The notes below the pieces were generated by a model. It ran no database searches, was not told where the DNA came from, and was given only the letters and a program-made list of their open reading frames with translations. A DNA stretch of 64,000 nt, taken from the IMG/VR virus record IMGVR_UViG_3300044846_003008; one strand, written 5' to 3'. This stretch comes from a virus. Made by a program: the position numbers and the translations under genes. Below, one piece after another: positions 22,181 through 33,184 of the stretch; positions within the stretch are counted from its first letter, which is position 1, and each line of letters starts with the position of its first letter.

Positions 22181-22926
22181 TGGATAATAACAATGTAACT
22201 AATGAAACAAGTACGGAGTTAAAAAAGAAAGGTAGAAAACCAACACAAGAAAATTATTTTGATATTCGTGAAGAGTTAGCGGTTGTAGATTATTTAACCG
22301 CTACCACTTCCGAAGAAAAAAATAAAATATACAACGAATTTTTACGTAAACCTTTAGATAAGATGATATCTTCAATTATTCGAAGATATAAATTATACCG
22401 AAAAGATATGGACTTTTACGAAATCCATATAGACACTCACTCCTTTTTGATGACCAAAATTGACAAGTTTAAACCTGCTAAAGAAAAGAAGGCTTATTCT
22501 TATTTTGGAACTATCTGTAAAAATTATTTAATGGGTCAAATCATTAAAGACCAAAAAGAAACTAATCGAAAAATTTCGTATGAGGATATTTCATATGACA
22601 TTGAAAACAATGACGATTATTCTTATAGTATTGAAAATGATGGTATCGAAGCCCCTGTTGTAATAGCCAATTTTTTACTTGAACTTGACGAATTTCTTAA
22701 AAATGAAAATTTAAGTGAAAACGAAGTTAAATTAGGTCAAGCATTATATGAGTTATTCGAAAATTATCAAAGTATTTTCATTGGTAATGATAATAATAAA
22801 TTTAATAAGAACATAGTTTTATTGTCACTTAGGGAAATGACTAATTTATCGACCAAAGAAATACGAAGTTCAATGAAGAAGTACAAAACTATGTATTTCA
22901 CATTGATACAGAAAATGGTTAAGTAA
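22180..22926 (+). CDS. Putative phage late sigma factor (gp55-like, sigma region 2)
   Basis: KFKPAKEKKAYSYFGTICKNYL resembles the sigma region 2.3-2.4 pattern of T4-like gp55. Confidence 0.55.
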   Translation: MDNNNVTNETSTELKKKGRKPTQENYFDIREELAVVDYLTATTSEEKNKIYNEFLRKPLDKMISSIIRRYKLYRKDMDFYEIHIDTHSFLMTKIDKFKPAKEKKAYSYFGTICKNYLMGQIIKDQKETNRKISYEDISYDIENNDDYSYSIENDGIEAPVVIANFLLELDEFLKNENLSENEVKLGQALYELFENYQSIFIGNDNNKFNKNIVLLSLREMTNLSTKEIRSSMKKYKTMYFTLIQKMVK

Positions 22927-22940
22927 ATATTTATGTTATT

Positions 22941-23321
22941 ATGGGAAGACCAGCAAAAAAAGAAATTGCGTTAACACAGGATTCAATTCTATCGTTAATG
23001 CAGGAAATCTACAATGAACTTGTGGAACAAAGAAATACCGCAATCAGGATTCAAAACAAAATGTTGACTATGATGAAGGAACCTGAAGATATGACATTAA
23101 TAGGTCCTGTTATCGAAAAACAACAAAAAATCATCAATGATTGTGTTGAGAAAAAATTATCATTATCAAAATTACAATCAAGTATTTGGGAGAAAGCAAA
23201 TTTAAATACTAACACCGGTGGTAATTTCACTATTTCTGATATTGATATGGATGATGATATTATCAAAAGTTTATTAAATAAAGATACTGACACATCTAAT
23301 GGGTCATATAAAATGAAATAA
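22941..23321 (+). CDS. Hypothetical coiled-coil protein
   Basis: 126 aa; late motif at 22928-22934. Confidence 0.75.
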   Translation: MGRPAKKEIALTQDSILSLMQEIYNELVEQRNTAIRIQNKMLTMMKEPEDMTLIGPVIEKQQKIINDCVEKKLSLSKLQSSIWEKANLNTNTGGNFTISDIDMDDDIIKSLLNKDTDTSNGSYKMK

Positions 23322-23325
23322 TGTA

Positions 23326-25227
23326 ATGGGGGATAATAGTTCAGGATATAAAAACGTTCAGAGTAAGATTAATGCTACGAAGACTTATACTAACGCAAAG
23401 GGTAAGTATGATAATTTGAAAAAAGAGGCCGGGTCAACTTTTGACCAAAAAAAATCTGACGTTACCCAAACTTTAGATAAACTGAAAGGGCAATCTAAAA
23501 GTTATCAACGAGAATTAAAAAACCAATTTGAAGAACTATTAGATATTAAATCAATTCTTGGTGGTAAAGGGGGTAACTCCGTTGCTTATATCAAGAAAAT
23601 AATGACTAAGGTTCTAAAAAACATTGAACCAATTTTAGCGGAATTAATTGCGTCAGAAGCTTTAACAGCGGTTGGTTGTGACCAATCACAAACATTTAAC
23701 CAACAATCATTGTATGTTAAAGTTAAATCGGTTGATTTAGGTAATTTATTAAAGAAAGACCCAAGTAGTTCTATTGGGAAATTATTATATGAAAAAAGAG
23801 CTTTAACTATTCAGTCGACACCATTCTCGATGAATAAAGAATTGTATCAAAGAATTCAAAGTGGTAATGATTATTTAGGTGATAATGGTCAGTTATATAA
23901 TGGACGTTCAGGACAACCGTTATTCAACCTTAGATATGTGGAAACCGATAACTTTGGACAAACAGGTCCGTGGTTTAAAGTGGATTTACAAAATCGTGTT
24001 GGTGGGGTTAATAATGTTAAAGAATTTATGGTTGATTATTTTAAGACAATTAAAATAGTTGATTTTCACAATATTATTTCTTGGATTATTGAGGCAATCA
24101 CGGGAGCCATATCTATCAAAGGTGATTTTGGTATTAATCAAGTTGAAGATTCAAGTAAAGCGATGATGATTATTCAGAGAATACTTGGATTATGTTTTGA
24201 TAACCGAAAACAAATTGATGTGAGTGGAATTTCTAAATTGTCAGAATATGATGACATTGACGATTCATTCTATGAATTTACCGACATTGATTTAAGAAAA
24301 ATACAAGACCGAGTTAATAACATTAAAAATGGTGTTATCCAGTTTGAAACCTGTGATATGGTTAATTTACCATTAAATGCTCAAGCAATTACTGATACTT
24401 TAAATGAAATGTTATTTGTTGAAGGTACAAAAGAGGAGGATATATCTAATAACATTTCTAAATTAATTGCTAGTGACCCAAATTGGGGTGGATTGGCGCT
24501 TAATGGTAGTCTTGAGGCGGAAATTGATTTAAATTTTTTAAAGGGTATTGTTAAAGGATTGGCTTTCGCGTTATTATCACCAAAAATATTATTACCAATA
24601 TTCATAATGTTAAAGGCGATTGGTCAAAGCGTTGGTGATGCAATAAATTCATTTTATGATTTTATCAAAAGATTTAAAACATTTTTTAAAAATATAATAT
24701 CAAAAATAGGTGCGATTTTCGTTAAAGAATTATTTAAACTAATTAAAATTGACATTAAAAATTTAATACAAAATGTTATTATTGATTTAGCGAAAGAAAA
24801 AGCCAATAAAAAAATAATAATGATTCTTAAATTAGTTCAGTTATTAATTACTGTTGCGGAATTTATTCGAGATTGGCGGGAATGTAAAAGTGTTATTGAT
24901 GAACTACTTTGGTTACTTAAAATTGCCACATCAGGATGGGGTGGTGAGATATCATTACCATTATTGTTTGCATCACAATTACTTGATGGGTATTCGGCAA
25001 CAAGAGCCTTTATGGGGACTATTGAGGAACTTCAAAAAATTGGGGTCCCAACGGGGGATATGCCGGATGGTAGTCCAAATTTATCGGTATTAAGTACATT
25101 TTCACAAATGAAAGCACAATCTAATGAACAGGCCGAAAATGGTAAAATTCAAGTGGCAATTCCACCATTAACTATGACACCAGCGGGTTTAACAGTTCCT
25201 GCGAGTGGTTTCGGTAAATCAATATAA
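23326..25227 (+). CDS. Hypothetical protein (tail/baseplate region)
   Basis: 633 aa with amphipathic/hydrophobic helices, upstream of the gp5-like gene. Confidence 0.7.
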   Translation: MGDNSSGYKNVQSKINATKTYTNAKGKYDNLKKEAGSTFDQKKSDVTQTLDKLKGQSKSYQRELKNQFEELLDIKSILGGKGGNSVAYIKKIMTKVLKNIEPILAELIASEALTAVGCDQSQTFNQQSLYVKVKSVDLGNLLKKDPSSSIGKLLYEKRALTIQSTPFSMNKELYQRIQSGNDYLGDNGQLYNGRSGQPLFNLRYVETDNFGQTGPWFKVDLQNRVGGVNNVKEFMVDYFKTIKIVDFHNIISWIIEAITGAISIKGDFGINQVEDSSKAMMIIQRILGLCFDNRKQIDVSGISKLSEYDDIDDSFYEFTDIDLRKIQDRVNNIKNGVIQFETCDMVNLPLNAQAITDTLNEMLFVEGTKEEDISNNISKLIASDPNWGGLALNGSLEAEIDLNFLKGIVKGLAFALLSPKILLPIFIMLKAIGQSVGDAINSFYDFIKRFKTFFKNIISKIGAIFVKELFKLIKIDIKNLIQNVIIDLAKEKANKKIIMILKLVQLLITVAEFIRDWRECKSVIDELLWLLKIATSGWGGEISLPLLFASQLLDGYSATRAFMGTIEELQKIGVPTGDMPDGSPNLSVLSTFSQMKAQSNEQAENGKIQVAIPPLTMTPAGLTVPASGFGKSI

Positions 25228-25228
25228 T

Positions 25229-25459
25229 ATGACAAAAGAAGAGTTAACAAAAAAAACGATGGCGGTGATTGAAGACCCAAAATCAAGTTCAAATGGTGAT
25301 TTAATTATGGCGATGGATGTTATTCAAAAAGACTTTGATTCTGTAAAAGATACTTTAATAAAAATGACTCACCATTTAGATAGTTTAGAAAACACTTATA
25401 ATGTAGTATTAAAAGAATATAATACAAGAACTAATGGCGGAAAATCAATTAATAAATAA
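25229..25459 (+). CDS. Hypothetical coiled-coil protein
   Basis: ATG at 25229 (MTKEEL...). Confidence 0.65.
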   Translation: MTKEELTKKTMAVIEDPKSSSNGDLIMAMDVIQKDFDSVKDTLIKMTHHLDSLENTYNVVLKEYNTRTNGGKSINK

Positions 25460-27032
25460 TCAAATAATCTTCCCCGGTGAAGTTTATGATGATAACGACC
25501 CAATGATGTTGGGACGTATTCGAGTGATTCCTGAAACTAAGAATTATGAGGATATTATCAAAAGTATACCTGATTGGAATGAATTAAAAGACCCTTGGAC
25601 TTCTAAAGACCCAATTTTGTTTTTACCGTTATTACCATTTTTTATTAAGATGGTTCCAATTAAAGGGGAATATGTTCACATTATTTATTCTAACAAAGAC
25701 TTCCCATTCCAAAACCAATTCTACGTTCAAGGTCCGTTTTCATCACCGATGACAACGCCTTTCGAATATTATCAAGGGGCTAAAAAATTCTTAGCGAGTG
25801 GTGATAGAATTAAGGATAGTATTTCGATATTAAATGACGATAAAACTTATAAGAAAAAAGAAAGTAAGGGTGTGTTTCCTGAAGCCAAAGATAATGCGAT
25901 TTTAGGTCGAGGGAGTGCTGATATTATCATTAAAGAAGAAGAATTATTATTACGTGCGGGTAAAACAAATAGATTAACTAAAACACAATTACCTATTGCT
26001 AACACAACGAGAGCCTTTTTACAATTAAGTAAATTTACTCAGAAAAAAGAAGAGTTAGACCCTGAAATACAAATTAGAACAAAAAAAGAAGTTAAAGTTG
26101 TTCAAAAAATGGTGGTGTGGGATATTTCAAATTTAGAGAACCAACAAAACGCCTTTACAGGTTCTGTCGGATTATACACCGTTAAACCAAATGAAAAAAC
26201 GAATAGTTCTAATTTTAAGGTACACACAATCACTCAATTGAGTAACGGAACAGATTATAGTGGTCCGTTAGAGTTAGTTAATTTTAGGGGGGTTACATTC
26301 GAAGATGCGGTTAATACTATTAATGATTTTATTGTTGGGGTATTTAATCAATTTAGAGATTCTAAATTTCCTGTCAATAACAAACTTAATGCGTCACCTG
26401 ATAAGACATTCCCTTTTGTTGTGTCACCATCAAAATTGACTTACGAAAAAGGGGTGAAATTTGATTCAACACCAAGTGGTGATGATATTATTGAAATGGC
26501 GAATTATGGTAGATTTTATGCTAAAATAAAACCAACAGGTTCGGCTAGTGTTAAAAGAGGTTTCTTTTTAGTTTGGGATAATGAAAATGGTAATTTTAAA
26601 ATCGGTTCACCTCTTAAACCAATTATTGAAGAAGTTAATAATTTTATCTTTAGACCGAATGAACCTGTCACATACGCTACTTTAGGTGCTCAAAAATTAT
26701 ATCTAATTTCTCACGATTCTGAAGGCCCTAATGGTAAAATTTCATTAGCCGATACATTATATGGTATTCCCCAAGATATGTTTGTTGGTGGGTTTGGTAA
26801 AGCCGGAAGTAAAGATAGTATTCAAGCCAAAACATATCCTATGGTTAGGGGTGATAAGTTGATTGAATTGATGAGAAAGATAGTTGATTTCTTGGGAGGT
26901 CACGTACACGCAATCTCAACAATCCCACCTGTCCCAATTGCTTCAGGTAGTGGACAATCGTTGGTTGAGATTAATTCTTTATTGGCAGATGCAGAAAATA
27001 CAATTCTTAATGAAAATATTAGATTGAATTGA
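25434..27032 (+). CDS. Baseplate hub/spike (gp5/VgrG-like OB fold)
   Basis: [17 protein letters not shown]...P..GEYV N-terminus; C-terminal HVH. Confidence 0.6.
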   Translation: MAENQLINNQIIFPGEVYDDNDPMMLGRIRVIPETKNYEDIIKSIPDWNELKDPWTSKDPILFLPLLPFFIKMVPIKGEYVHIIYSNKDFPFQNQFYVQGPFSSPMTTPFEYYQGAKKFLASGDRIKDSISILNDDKTYKKKESKGVFPEAKDNAILGRGSADIIIKEEELLLRAGKTNRLTKTQLPIANTTRAFLQLSKFTQKKEELDPEIQIRTKKEVKVVQKMVVWDISNLENQQNAFTGSVGLYTVKPNEKTNSSNFKVHTITQLSNGTDYSGPLELVNFRGVTFEDAVNTINDFIVGVFNQFRDSKFPVNNKLNASPDKTFPFVVSPSKLTYEKGVKFDSTPSGDDIIEMANYGRFYAKIKPTGSASVKRGFFLVWDNENGNFKIGSPLKPIIEEVNNFIFRPNEPVTYATLGAQKLYLISHDSEGPNGKISLADTLYGIPQDMFVGGFGKAGSKDSIQAKTYPMVRGDKLIELMRKIVDFLGGHVHAISTIPPVPIASGSGQSLVEINSLLADAENTILNENIRLN

Positions 27033-27053
27033 TATTTATATGTAAAACATTAA

Positions 27054-28505
27054 ATGTCGATAAATAATTCATATTTTAGCAAAAATAATACCATAATTTC
27101 AAATAGTACCACTAACACAGGGCGAAATCCTGTGATGGAACTATTTTATGGGTCAGTTATTAACACACAATATCCTAATGGTTATAGTCGTTTTATATTC
27201 GATTTAGATTTAGAGTTATTAACACAAAAGGTACTTGAAGGTACAATTTCCACAAGTTGTGGGGATGAGGTTAAACATACTTTAAGGATGATTAATACCT
27301 CAAGTTTTAGTGATTACTTAAATACCGATACGTCCCAAAGTAGGCAAAGAGCAACATCGTTTGATTTATTTTTATTCAGAATACCTAATGAACAATTATG
27401 GGATGAAGGTGTTGGTTATGATTTCGCCGATTTAATTTATGAAGTAAAAAACGACAAAAATTATTCAGTTAGACCATCTAATTGGTATCAAACAACAACT
27501 ATTGATACTTGGGTTCAGCCGGGGATTTATAACAACAACAACGCAGGTTTAGTTAATTATAATGATTTAACTATCGTAGATACCCAACATTTTCAGTTTG
27601 GTGATGAGAACATTAGTTTTGATATGACTAATGAGATAAACGCTATCTTAGAAGGTTCATTAACTAATGTAACTGGTTGGGGGATTGCTTTTAAACCTCA
27701 AGTTGAAAACTTAACAGGGTTAACTGATAATTTTGAGGTCCAATTTTTTACTCGTCATACCCAAACATTTTACGAACCATTCTTAGAAACATCATATAAT
27801 GATTTAATCGAAGATGATAGAAATTTATTCACGTTGGGTAAAACTAATAAATTATACTTATACCTATACGATAATGGAGTACCAATTAATTTGGACTTTA
27901 ACCCAAATGTTACTCTTATTGATTCGTCAGGTGTTTCTATACCTGGGTTAACTAATTTGACAAGTTGTCAAAGAACTAAAGGGGTTTACGAAATTTTAAT
28001 ACCACCACTTATTGGTTATAAAACACCTTGTACATTTTCAGATAAATGGTCGAACATTAAACTTAACGGATTTGCTCTTCCTGATATTACAAATGACTTC
28101 ACATTACAACCAATTAAAAATTCAATCCAAATTGGGTCAACGACATCTGCGGACCCTAAATTATATGGTTTTGATTTCTACGGGTTAAAACAAGATGAAA
28201 AAATATATAACACTGACATTCGTAAAGTGGGGGTAATAATTAAACAAGCATTCTCAACCCAAAAATTATTACTGAAAGTCGATGCGTATTATCGAATTTA
28301 TGTTAGGGAAGGTCAAACTGAGGTTGAAGTTCAAGATTGGACTAAAATTAATCGTACACCAAATGAATACTATTTTATGTTTGATACGAGAGATAAGATA
28401 CCTAATGAATATTATGTGGATATTAAAGTTGCTAGTAGTGGTGAGATTAATACCTATAAACGACAAATCAAATTTCAAGTGGTTAATGTCAAATATTTAG
28501 AATAA
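27054..28505 (+). CDS. Putative structural protein
   Basis: 483-aa beta-rich ORF; late motif at 27033-27039. Confidence 0.7.
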   Translation: MSINNSYFSKNNTIISNSTTNTGRNPVMELFYGSVINTQYPNGYSRFIFDLDLELLTQKVLEGTISTSCGDEVKHTLRMINTSSFSDYLNTDTSQSRQRATSFDLFLFRIPNEQLWDEGVGYDFADLIYEVKNDKNYSVRPSNWYQTTTIDTWVQPGIYNNNNAGLVNYNDLTIVDTQHFQFGDENISFDMTNEINAILEGSLTNVTGWGIAFKPQVENLTGLTDNFEVQFFTRHTQTFYEPFLETSYNDLIEDDRNLFTLGKTNKLYLYLYDNGVPINLDFNPNVTLIDSSGVSIPGLTNLTSCQRTKGVYEILIPPLIGYKTPCTFSDKWSNIKLNGFALPDITNDFTLQPIKNSIQIGSTTSADPKLYGFDFYGLKQDEKIYNTDIRKVGVIIKQAFSTQKLLLKVDAYYRIYVREGQTEVEVQDWTKINRTPNEYYFMFDTRDKIPNEYYVDIKVASSGEINTYKRQIKFQVVNVKYLE

Positions 28506-28532
28506 ACAAATAATTAAATAAAAAAAAGAAAA

Positions 28533-28700
28533 ATGGGAAATGTAAGTGCAAATACTGAAACAATAATTTGTGTACTTGATTGTAGTGGTAATACTCAATC
28601 AATAACACCACCTCATCCGGTGTTTAGTGATTTATCAGGTGGAACTGTAACACAACTTAATATGGTACAACTTGGTGGCCAGAATGGTCTTTACTCATAA
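28533..28700 (+). CDS. Small hypothetical protein (55 aa), not in ORF track
   Basis: MGNVSANTETIICVLDCSG...GGQNGLYS*, A-rich leader, followed by a terminator. Confidence 0.65.
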   Translation: MGNVSANTETIICVLDCSGNTQSITPPHPVFSDLSGGTVTQLNMVQLGGQNGLYS

Positions 28701-28723
28701 AGATTAAAATTAACATAAAAATT

Positions 28724-28749
28724 AGGGGGGTTTATTAACCCCCTTTTTT
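28724..28749 (+). terminator. Rho-independent terminator
   Basis: AGGGGGGTT..AACCCCCT plus T run. Confidence 0.7.
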
Positions 28750-28769
28750 GTTTAATAGAGAATTTTATC

Positions 28770-28777
28770 TATCTTTG
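28770..28777 (+). promoter_or_regulatory. Bacteroidota-type -7 promoter element
   Basis: TATCTTTG fits TAnnTTTG, upstream of 28795. Confidence 0.55.
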
Positions 28778-28794
28778 TAGAAACAAATTAGACG

Positions 28795-29220
28795 ATGAAA
28801 ACATTTTTTAAACAACTCGGTAAAAGATTGTACGCCAAGTATCTATTGATGATTAGATACAACACAAGTAAGCAAACTCAAATTTTAAGTCAAAATGAGA
28901 GGATTTGCAAGACTATATGTTATAAACTGATAAAACACTCCGACTCGAAGTTTCTAATCGCCCCATTGTCAGGAAAACGATACATTAAAAATGAATCGTT
29001 AAAGATATTCATAATCCTTGACGACAAAAAAGTTACAATCACAAATCACGTTTACCATTATGATGTGATTTTACCTCAAAGAGATTGGGATAGGTTGGTT
29101 TTAATGTATGATAATAAAACAGAATCAATTAGAGAGGAATTTGAGAATGAAATGATGTCACAAATTGTTTGTTCCTTATCCACCATATTATCGAAAGTCT
29201 CTGAGAAATTAGAAGACTAA
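28795..29220 (+). CDS. Hypothetical protein
   Basis: 141-aa ORF. Confidence 0.75.
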   Translation: MKTFFKQLGKRLYAKYLLMIRYNTSKQTQILSQNERICKTICYKLIKHSDSKFLIAPLSGKRYIKNESLKIFIILDDKKVTITNHVYHYDVILPQRDWDRLVLMYDNKTESIREEFENEMMSQIVCSLSTILSKVSEKLED

Positions 29221-29221
29221 C

Positions 29222-29254
29222 AAAAAACCCCCAAGTAATAATTGGGGGTTTTTT
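29222..29254. terminator. Bidirectional terminator
   Basis: AAAAAACCCCCAA..TTGGGGGTTTTTT between convergent genes. Confidence 0.75.
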
Positions 29255-29610
29255 TATTTTAATTGTTCATTAATTATTTCTTTAATTATTCTGATTAACT
29301 CTCTTTCGGATAATCTAACAATTTTCTTTTTAGATTTGTTTTCTTTTGTTGTGTGAACGTTATGAGTATCAACATCATAAGAACCCTCTTTATTTTTTTC
29401 CCAAACACCAACAACTCTCTTAACATTATTTTTTGTTGTACTTTTTACTTCTTTATGATTTACTTCACTATCAACAAATTCTGTAAAAGGTCCTAAATGA
29501 TTTGAATCCCATTTCTTCATTCCAAGTTCTATCGGTCCTGTATATTCGCCGGCACTTGATATTGTATCGGCTTCTTTTAATGGGACAATATGGATTTTTT
29601 GATTTTTCAT
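29254..29610 (-). CDS. Hypothetical protein with C-terminal KKIVRLSERELIRIIKEIINEQ tag
   Basis: 118 aa; late motif at 29622-29628. Confidence 0.7.
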   Translation of the reverse strand: MKNQKIHIVPLKEADTISSAGEYTGPIELGMKKWDSNHLGPFTEFVDSEVNHKEVKSTTKNNVKRVVGVWEKNKEGSYDVDTHNVHTTKENKSKKKIVRLSERELIRIIKEIINEQLK

Positions 29611-29637
29611 TACTATACTTTATAAATATCAATTATT

Positions 29638-29871
29638 ATGGAAGAACAAGAATTATACGGAAATTTATTTAACACCATCCCATTATTAAGTGAGGACCAT
29701 TTAGAAATAATGTTAACCACTATGGATGAAAAAACCGCCTTGTATTATTTAACACAGGCGGTAAAATTTGCTTATCAAAATGGTATCTATTCTCTTGGGG
29801 AATGTGAAATTATATCTAAATCAATTAGATTAGTTCATAGACCATCAGAAGATAAAACCGAAACTAATTAA
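29638..29871 (+). CDS. Hypothetical protein
   Basis: 77-aa ORF. Confidence 0.65.
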   Translation: MEEQELYGNLFNTIPLLSEDHLEIMLTTMDEKTALYYLTQAVKFAYQNGIYSLGECEIISKSIRLVHRPSEDKTETN

Positions 29872-29873
29872 GA

Positions 29874-30572
29874 TTATGACTTAAATAATCCACCCGCGTT
29901 TGATGGGTCAACGGATGCAGTTACGTTAGTTTTTACCTCACCACCTTGTGTGGTTGCTGCGGGAGTTGTACCATCGGTTTTTACTTCACCACTTGGTGTT
30001 GTAACCGTTTTAGCCACTTTAGTTTTTATTGCATTTTGTAATGCGATAATAGTTTTAGGACCAACCTTACCATCAACAGTTAAACCTGCATTATATTTGG
30101 TATTTAACAATGTCTGTAATGCCTCAATTTTAGCACTTTTAACTTGTGGGTTAATTGGTTGTGCCGCACCTGCTGCGGGTGTTGCCGCGGGTTGACCACC
30201 TGTTTCTTCATTAGGAAAAACTAACGCCCCGTTAGAGTTTGATTGTAATGCCGCCTTAACATATGGTAACGCTTCAGGTGTTAGTTGTTTTGCGGTTACT
30301 TTATCCGCTAAAAATTTACTAATTTCCGCAACAGTCTTTGGTATTGTGGCTTTATTAGTTTCTACCCAACTATTTGCCGCGTCAATTAATTTTTTTTGTT
30401 CAGGAGTTGCGGATGAAACAATTTTAGGGATTGTTGTGTTAGTTTTAATCCCACCACCTGTATTTAATGTTGAATTGGTTAACGCGTTACCTTGTGCTAA
30501 TGGGTTGGCTTGTTCGTGTAAACCTAATATTCTTTCTTTTTCACTTTCCGTGATTGTGAATCTATTTTTCAT
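29874..30572 (-). CDS. Protein with peptidoglycan-binding (PG_binding_1-like) domain
   Basis: IEALQTLLN....LTVDGKVGPKT..AL. Confidence 0.65.
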   Translation of the reverse strand: MKNRFTITESEKERILGLHEQANPLAQGNALTNSTLNTGGGIKTNTTIPKIVSSATPEQKKLIDAANSWVETNKATIPKTVAEISKFLADKVTAKQLTPEALPYVKAALQSNSNGALVFPNEETGGQPAATPAAGAAQPINPQVKSAKIEALQTLLNTKYNAGLTVDGKVGPKTIIALQNAIKTKVAKTVTTPSGEVKTDGTTPAATTQGGEVKTNVTASVDPSNAGGLFKS

Positions 30573-30583
30573 ATTATATTTTT

Positions 30584-31264
30584 TTAGTTTTCAGATAATT
30601 TAGCGATTAATGCGTCAACATCACTGTCGGTTATTTGACCTGTTGGGTTTTGAATTCCGACTGATTGTTGTACTTGTTTAATTGTGTCCGTTATTTGTTG
30701 AGGGTTTAACGTTACTTGTCCACCAACTTTTGGAGAGCCCCCAACTTTTGGTTTTTCTTGTACAGTTTTCTTTTTACCTAAAATTTCCTCATTACTTTTT
30801 AATTCAGTTCCTTTACAATATCGTTTACGTAAAATATTAGTTAATGCACTACCTTGATTCCCGTAACTTCTTTTACCATCATAACTTGTATAATAAAATG
30901 GTGTTTGACTAACCGTGATTGGTTGACATCCAAACTTAAAATACTTACCAATATTTAATTTTTTATTAGTTTGGTCAACAGTTACTATTGTTTGTGCGGG
31001 GACGTTTATTTTTTTACCACCAACTGCACCAATAAATGTTTGGTCATTTTGTAAAGTATAATTCAACCCATTAAATTGTTTTGTCGTTGTGGGTGGTGTA
31101 ACCACTGTTGAATAGTCATATTGTGCTGGGTCAAAAGTCGAATCACCTTCACCACCGGCACCAATTTCGTTAATAAGATTTAAATATTGTTTTTTCGTTG
31201 AATTTTCGTGTAGTGATAAAATTCTTTTAATTTCATCGCTATCTATTTCAAATAATTTTTTCAT
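30584..31264 (-). CDS. Hypothetical protein, possible degenerate PG-binding C-terminus
   Basis: N-terminus like the neighbour (E..RIL.LHE); IKQVQQSVG...TGQI. Confidence 0.6.
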   Translation of the reverse strand: MKKLFEIDSDEIKRILSLHENSTKKQYLNLINEIGAGGEGDSTFDPAQYDYSTVVTPPTTTKQFNGLNYTLQNDQTFIGAVGGKKINVPAQTIVTVDQTNKKLNIGKYFKFGCQPITVSQTPFYYTSYDGKRSYGNQGSALTNILRKRYCKGTELKSNEEILGKKKTVQEKPKVGGSPKVGGQVTLNPQQITDTIKQVQQSVGIQNPTGQITDSDVDALIAKLSEN

Positions 31265-31298
31265 ATAAATTTTGTTTAATAATAAATATCGTTTAAAT

Positions 31299-31326
31299 AA
31301 AAAAAGGGACTGTGAAGTCCCTTTTA
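31299..31326 (-). terminator. Terminator after major capsid gene
   Basis: AAAAGGGAC/GTCCCTTTT hairpin. Confidence 0.75.
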
Positions 31327-31344
31327 GTATTAAGAAATAATTGA

Positions 31345-33147
31345 TTATCTCAATTCTTTCAAGTCGAATGTACGAACACCATCAACTGTGATTCTCGCGT
31401 AGAAACGGTTATTAACCATTTTCTTAGCGTATCTCGTCATTATACCTTTGATAGGTGTAAAGTTGAATGGGTTATACATTGTTGGAGTTAATTGTAACGG
31501 TACGTATGGTGCGTAGATGTAACCTGTGTCTAACAATGATGTTCCTTTGTGTCCAATCAATACTGTGTTTGATGGGAAGTAAGGGTCACGGTAAACTTGG
31601 TAACGACCTGCTAATGTACCAACTCTTTCAATACCCATATTGTATTGGTCTTGCTCAGGAGACGCGTTAGATACGTGGAAGTATTCTAAATCGTCAAAGA
31701 TAGCTGAAACTTCAGAAGAAACAACAATCCAGTTAGCTCCACCTCTCAATGTAGATTTGTGAATTTGTGCTGATAATTGGTTAATAGCCGTAATCAACGT
31801 TTGATTCCAATCTTTTTGAGTATAAGATGTTGTTTGTTGGATTCTTCTCCATCCGTTGTAATCCCAACGTAAATTCCAAGCCGCTCCTTTACGTAAGTCA
31901 CGTAAAATTTCACGGTCAATCTCAGCCGCAACTTGTTCAGATAACAATGCAGTTAACTCAGCCTCAGCGTCGATGTTATGGAAAGCCGCAACGTCTTGAG
32001 CTAACTCAGGTGACCATTGTGCTCTTAATTTTCTTTCAGTAACTGATACTGTAACTGACTCTAAGTCAAAAGATACCTCACCAATTCTGTCTTCGAATTC
32101 TAATTCTTCGTAACGTTTAAATACTGCTACGAAAGAGTCAGTAGTGTCTGCAGAAACGATAGTTGTTCCTGTGTAACCATCTAATGTGTCAGCACCACAA
32201 CCAACACAAGCTGGACAAGATAAATCCACTTCTAAATAGATGAAACCATTTGCGTCACAAATATTTTTGAATGAACCACCATTTCCTGTAGTTGCGAATG
32301 TTGTATTAACTGTGTTACCATATTGAACGATACCTTTACCATATTGTTGTGTAACAACTCTAAATAATAATGGTGTGTTAGCGGCAACCGCACAAGCTGA
32401 ATCAACGTCGATTGATAAACCAGCACCTTTAGTGATGATTAAGTCAGATAAAAATTCTTCAGTATCCATTTCGTTACCGTTAGGTCCGATTAATTTACCC
32501 GCTCCTGTTTCAGCAAAACCTGATAATTTGATAATTACTTTTCTTACAGTTTCACCATCTAATTGGTCAGTTTGGTCAACTAATTCAGAACCTGACCAAA
32601 TTTGAACTCTTGTGTCTGCAGTAATTACTTCAAAAGAACCTTTTGAGTAATCGAACAAACCTGCTGGGTCCAATCCTGGTTCAGCACCTTCATAAAATAA
32701 ATCATAAAGATTTTTGTTACCATAAGTAGAACCATCACCATATCCAGCACCTACTGATGCAGGTCCGTCCGGAGCTCCAAATGGTTTAAAGTGTTCGTTA
32801 CCATTGTTGTAACCTTGAATTTTAGGTACGAAGTAGAACAATTTACCGATTGGTAAGTTCATTGCTTGTACAGAAACGATATCATTCGCTAATAATTTAG
32901 AGAATACACGTCTAACGATAGGGAAAACTACAGTTTCAAACGCTCCGTTTGAACCTTCTGAAGTTGCCTCGTTAATTAAGAAAGACGCTTGATTCTCATA
33001 TAATTGAGCTACGTTTTCTTTTAAGTGACCTGATAAGTCTTCTAAGAAACCTAATTTGTCCCATTTGTTGATTGTATCTTCTTTGATAACTTTAAGGTGT
33101 TTTAACCCGATGTTACCTACAAGACCTGATTCTAATAATGCTCCCAT
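31345..33147 (-). CDS. Major capsid protein (T4 gp23-like)
   Basis: VSVQAM..P.G, RKLRAQWSPELAQD..AFH.IDAEAEL, EIDREI, YAPYVPL, GIMTRYA. Confidence 0.95.
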   Translation of the reverse strand: MGALLESGLVGNIGLKHLKVIKEDTINKWDKLGFLEDLSGHLKENVAQLYENQASFLINEATSEGSNGAFETVVFPIVRRVFSKLLANDIVSVQAMNLPIGKLFYFVPKIQGYNNGNEHFKPFGAPDGPASVGAGYGDGSTYGNKNLYDLFYEGAEPGLDPAGLFDYSKGSFEVITADTRVQIWSGSELVDQTDQLDGETVRKVIIKLSGFAETGAGKLIGPNGNEMDTEEFLSDLIITKGAGLSIDVDSACAVAANTPLLFRVVTQQYGKGIVQYGNTVNTTFATTGNGGSFKNICDANGFIYLEVDLSCPACVGCGADTLDGYTGTTIVSADTTDSFVAVFKRYEELEFEDRIGEVSFDLESVTVSVTERKLRAQWSPELAQDVAAFHNIDAEAELTALLSEQVAAEIDREILRDLRKGAAWNLRWDYNGWRRIQQTTSYTQKDWNQTLITAINQLSAQIHKSTLRGGANWIVVSSEVSAIFDDLEYFHVSNASPEQDQYNMGIERVGTLAGRYQVYRDPYFPSNTVLIGHKGTSLLDTGYIYAPYVPLQLTPTMYNPFNFTPIKGIMTRYAKKMVNNRFYARITVDGVRTFDLKELR

Positions 33148-33184
33148 TTTTAGTTTTTGTTTTTTATTTGTTTTTAGTTTATTT

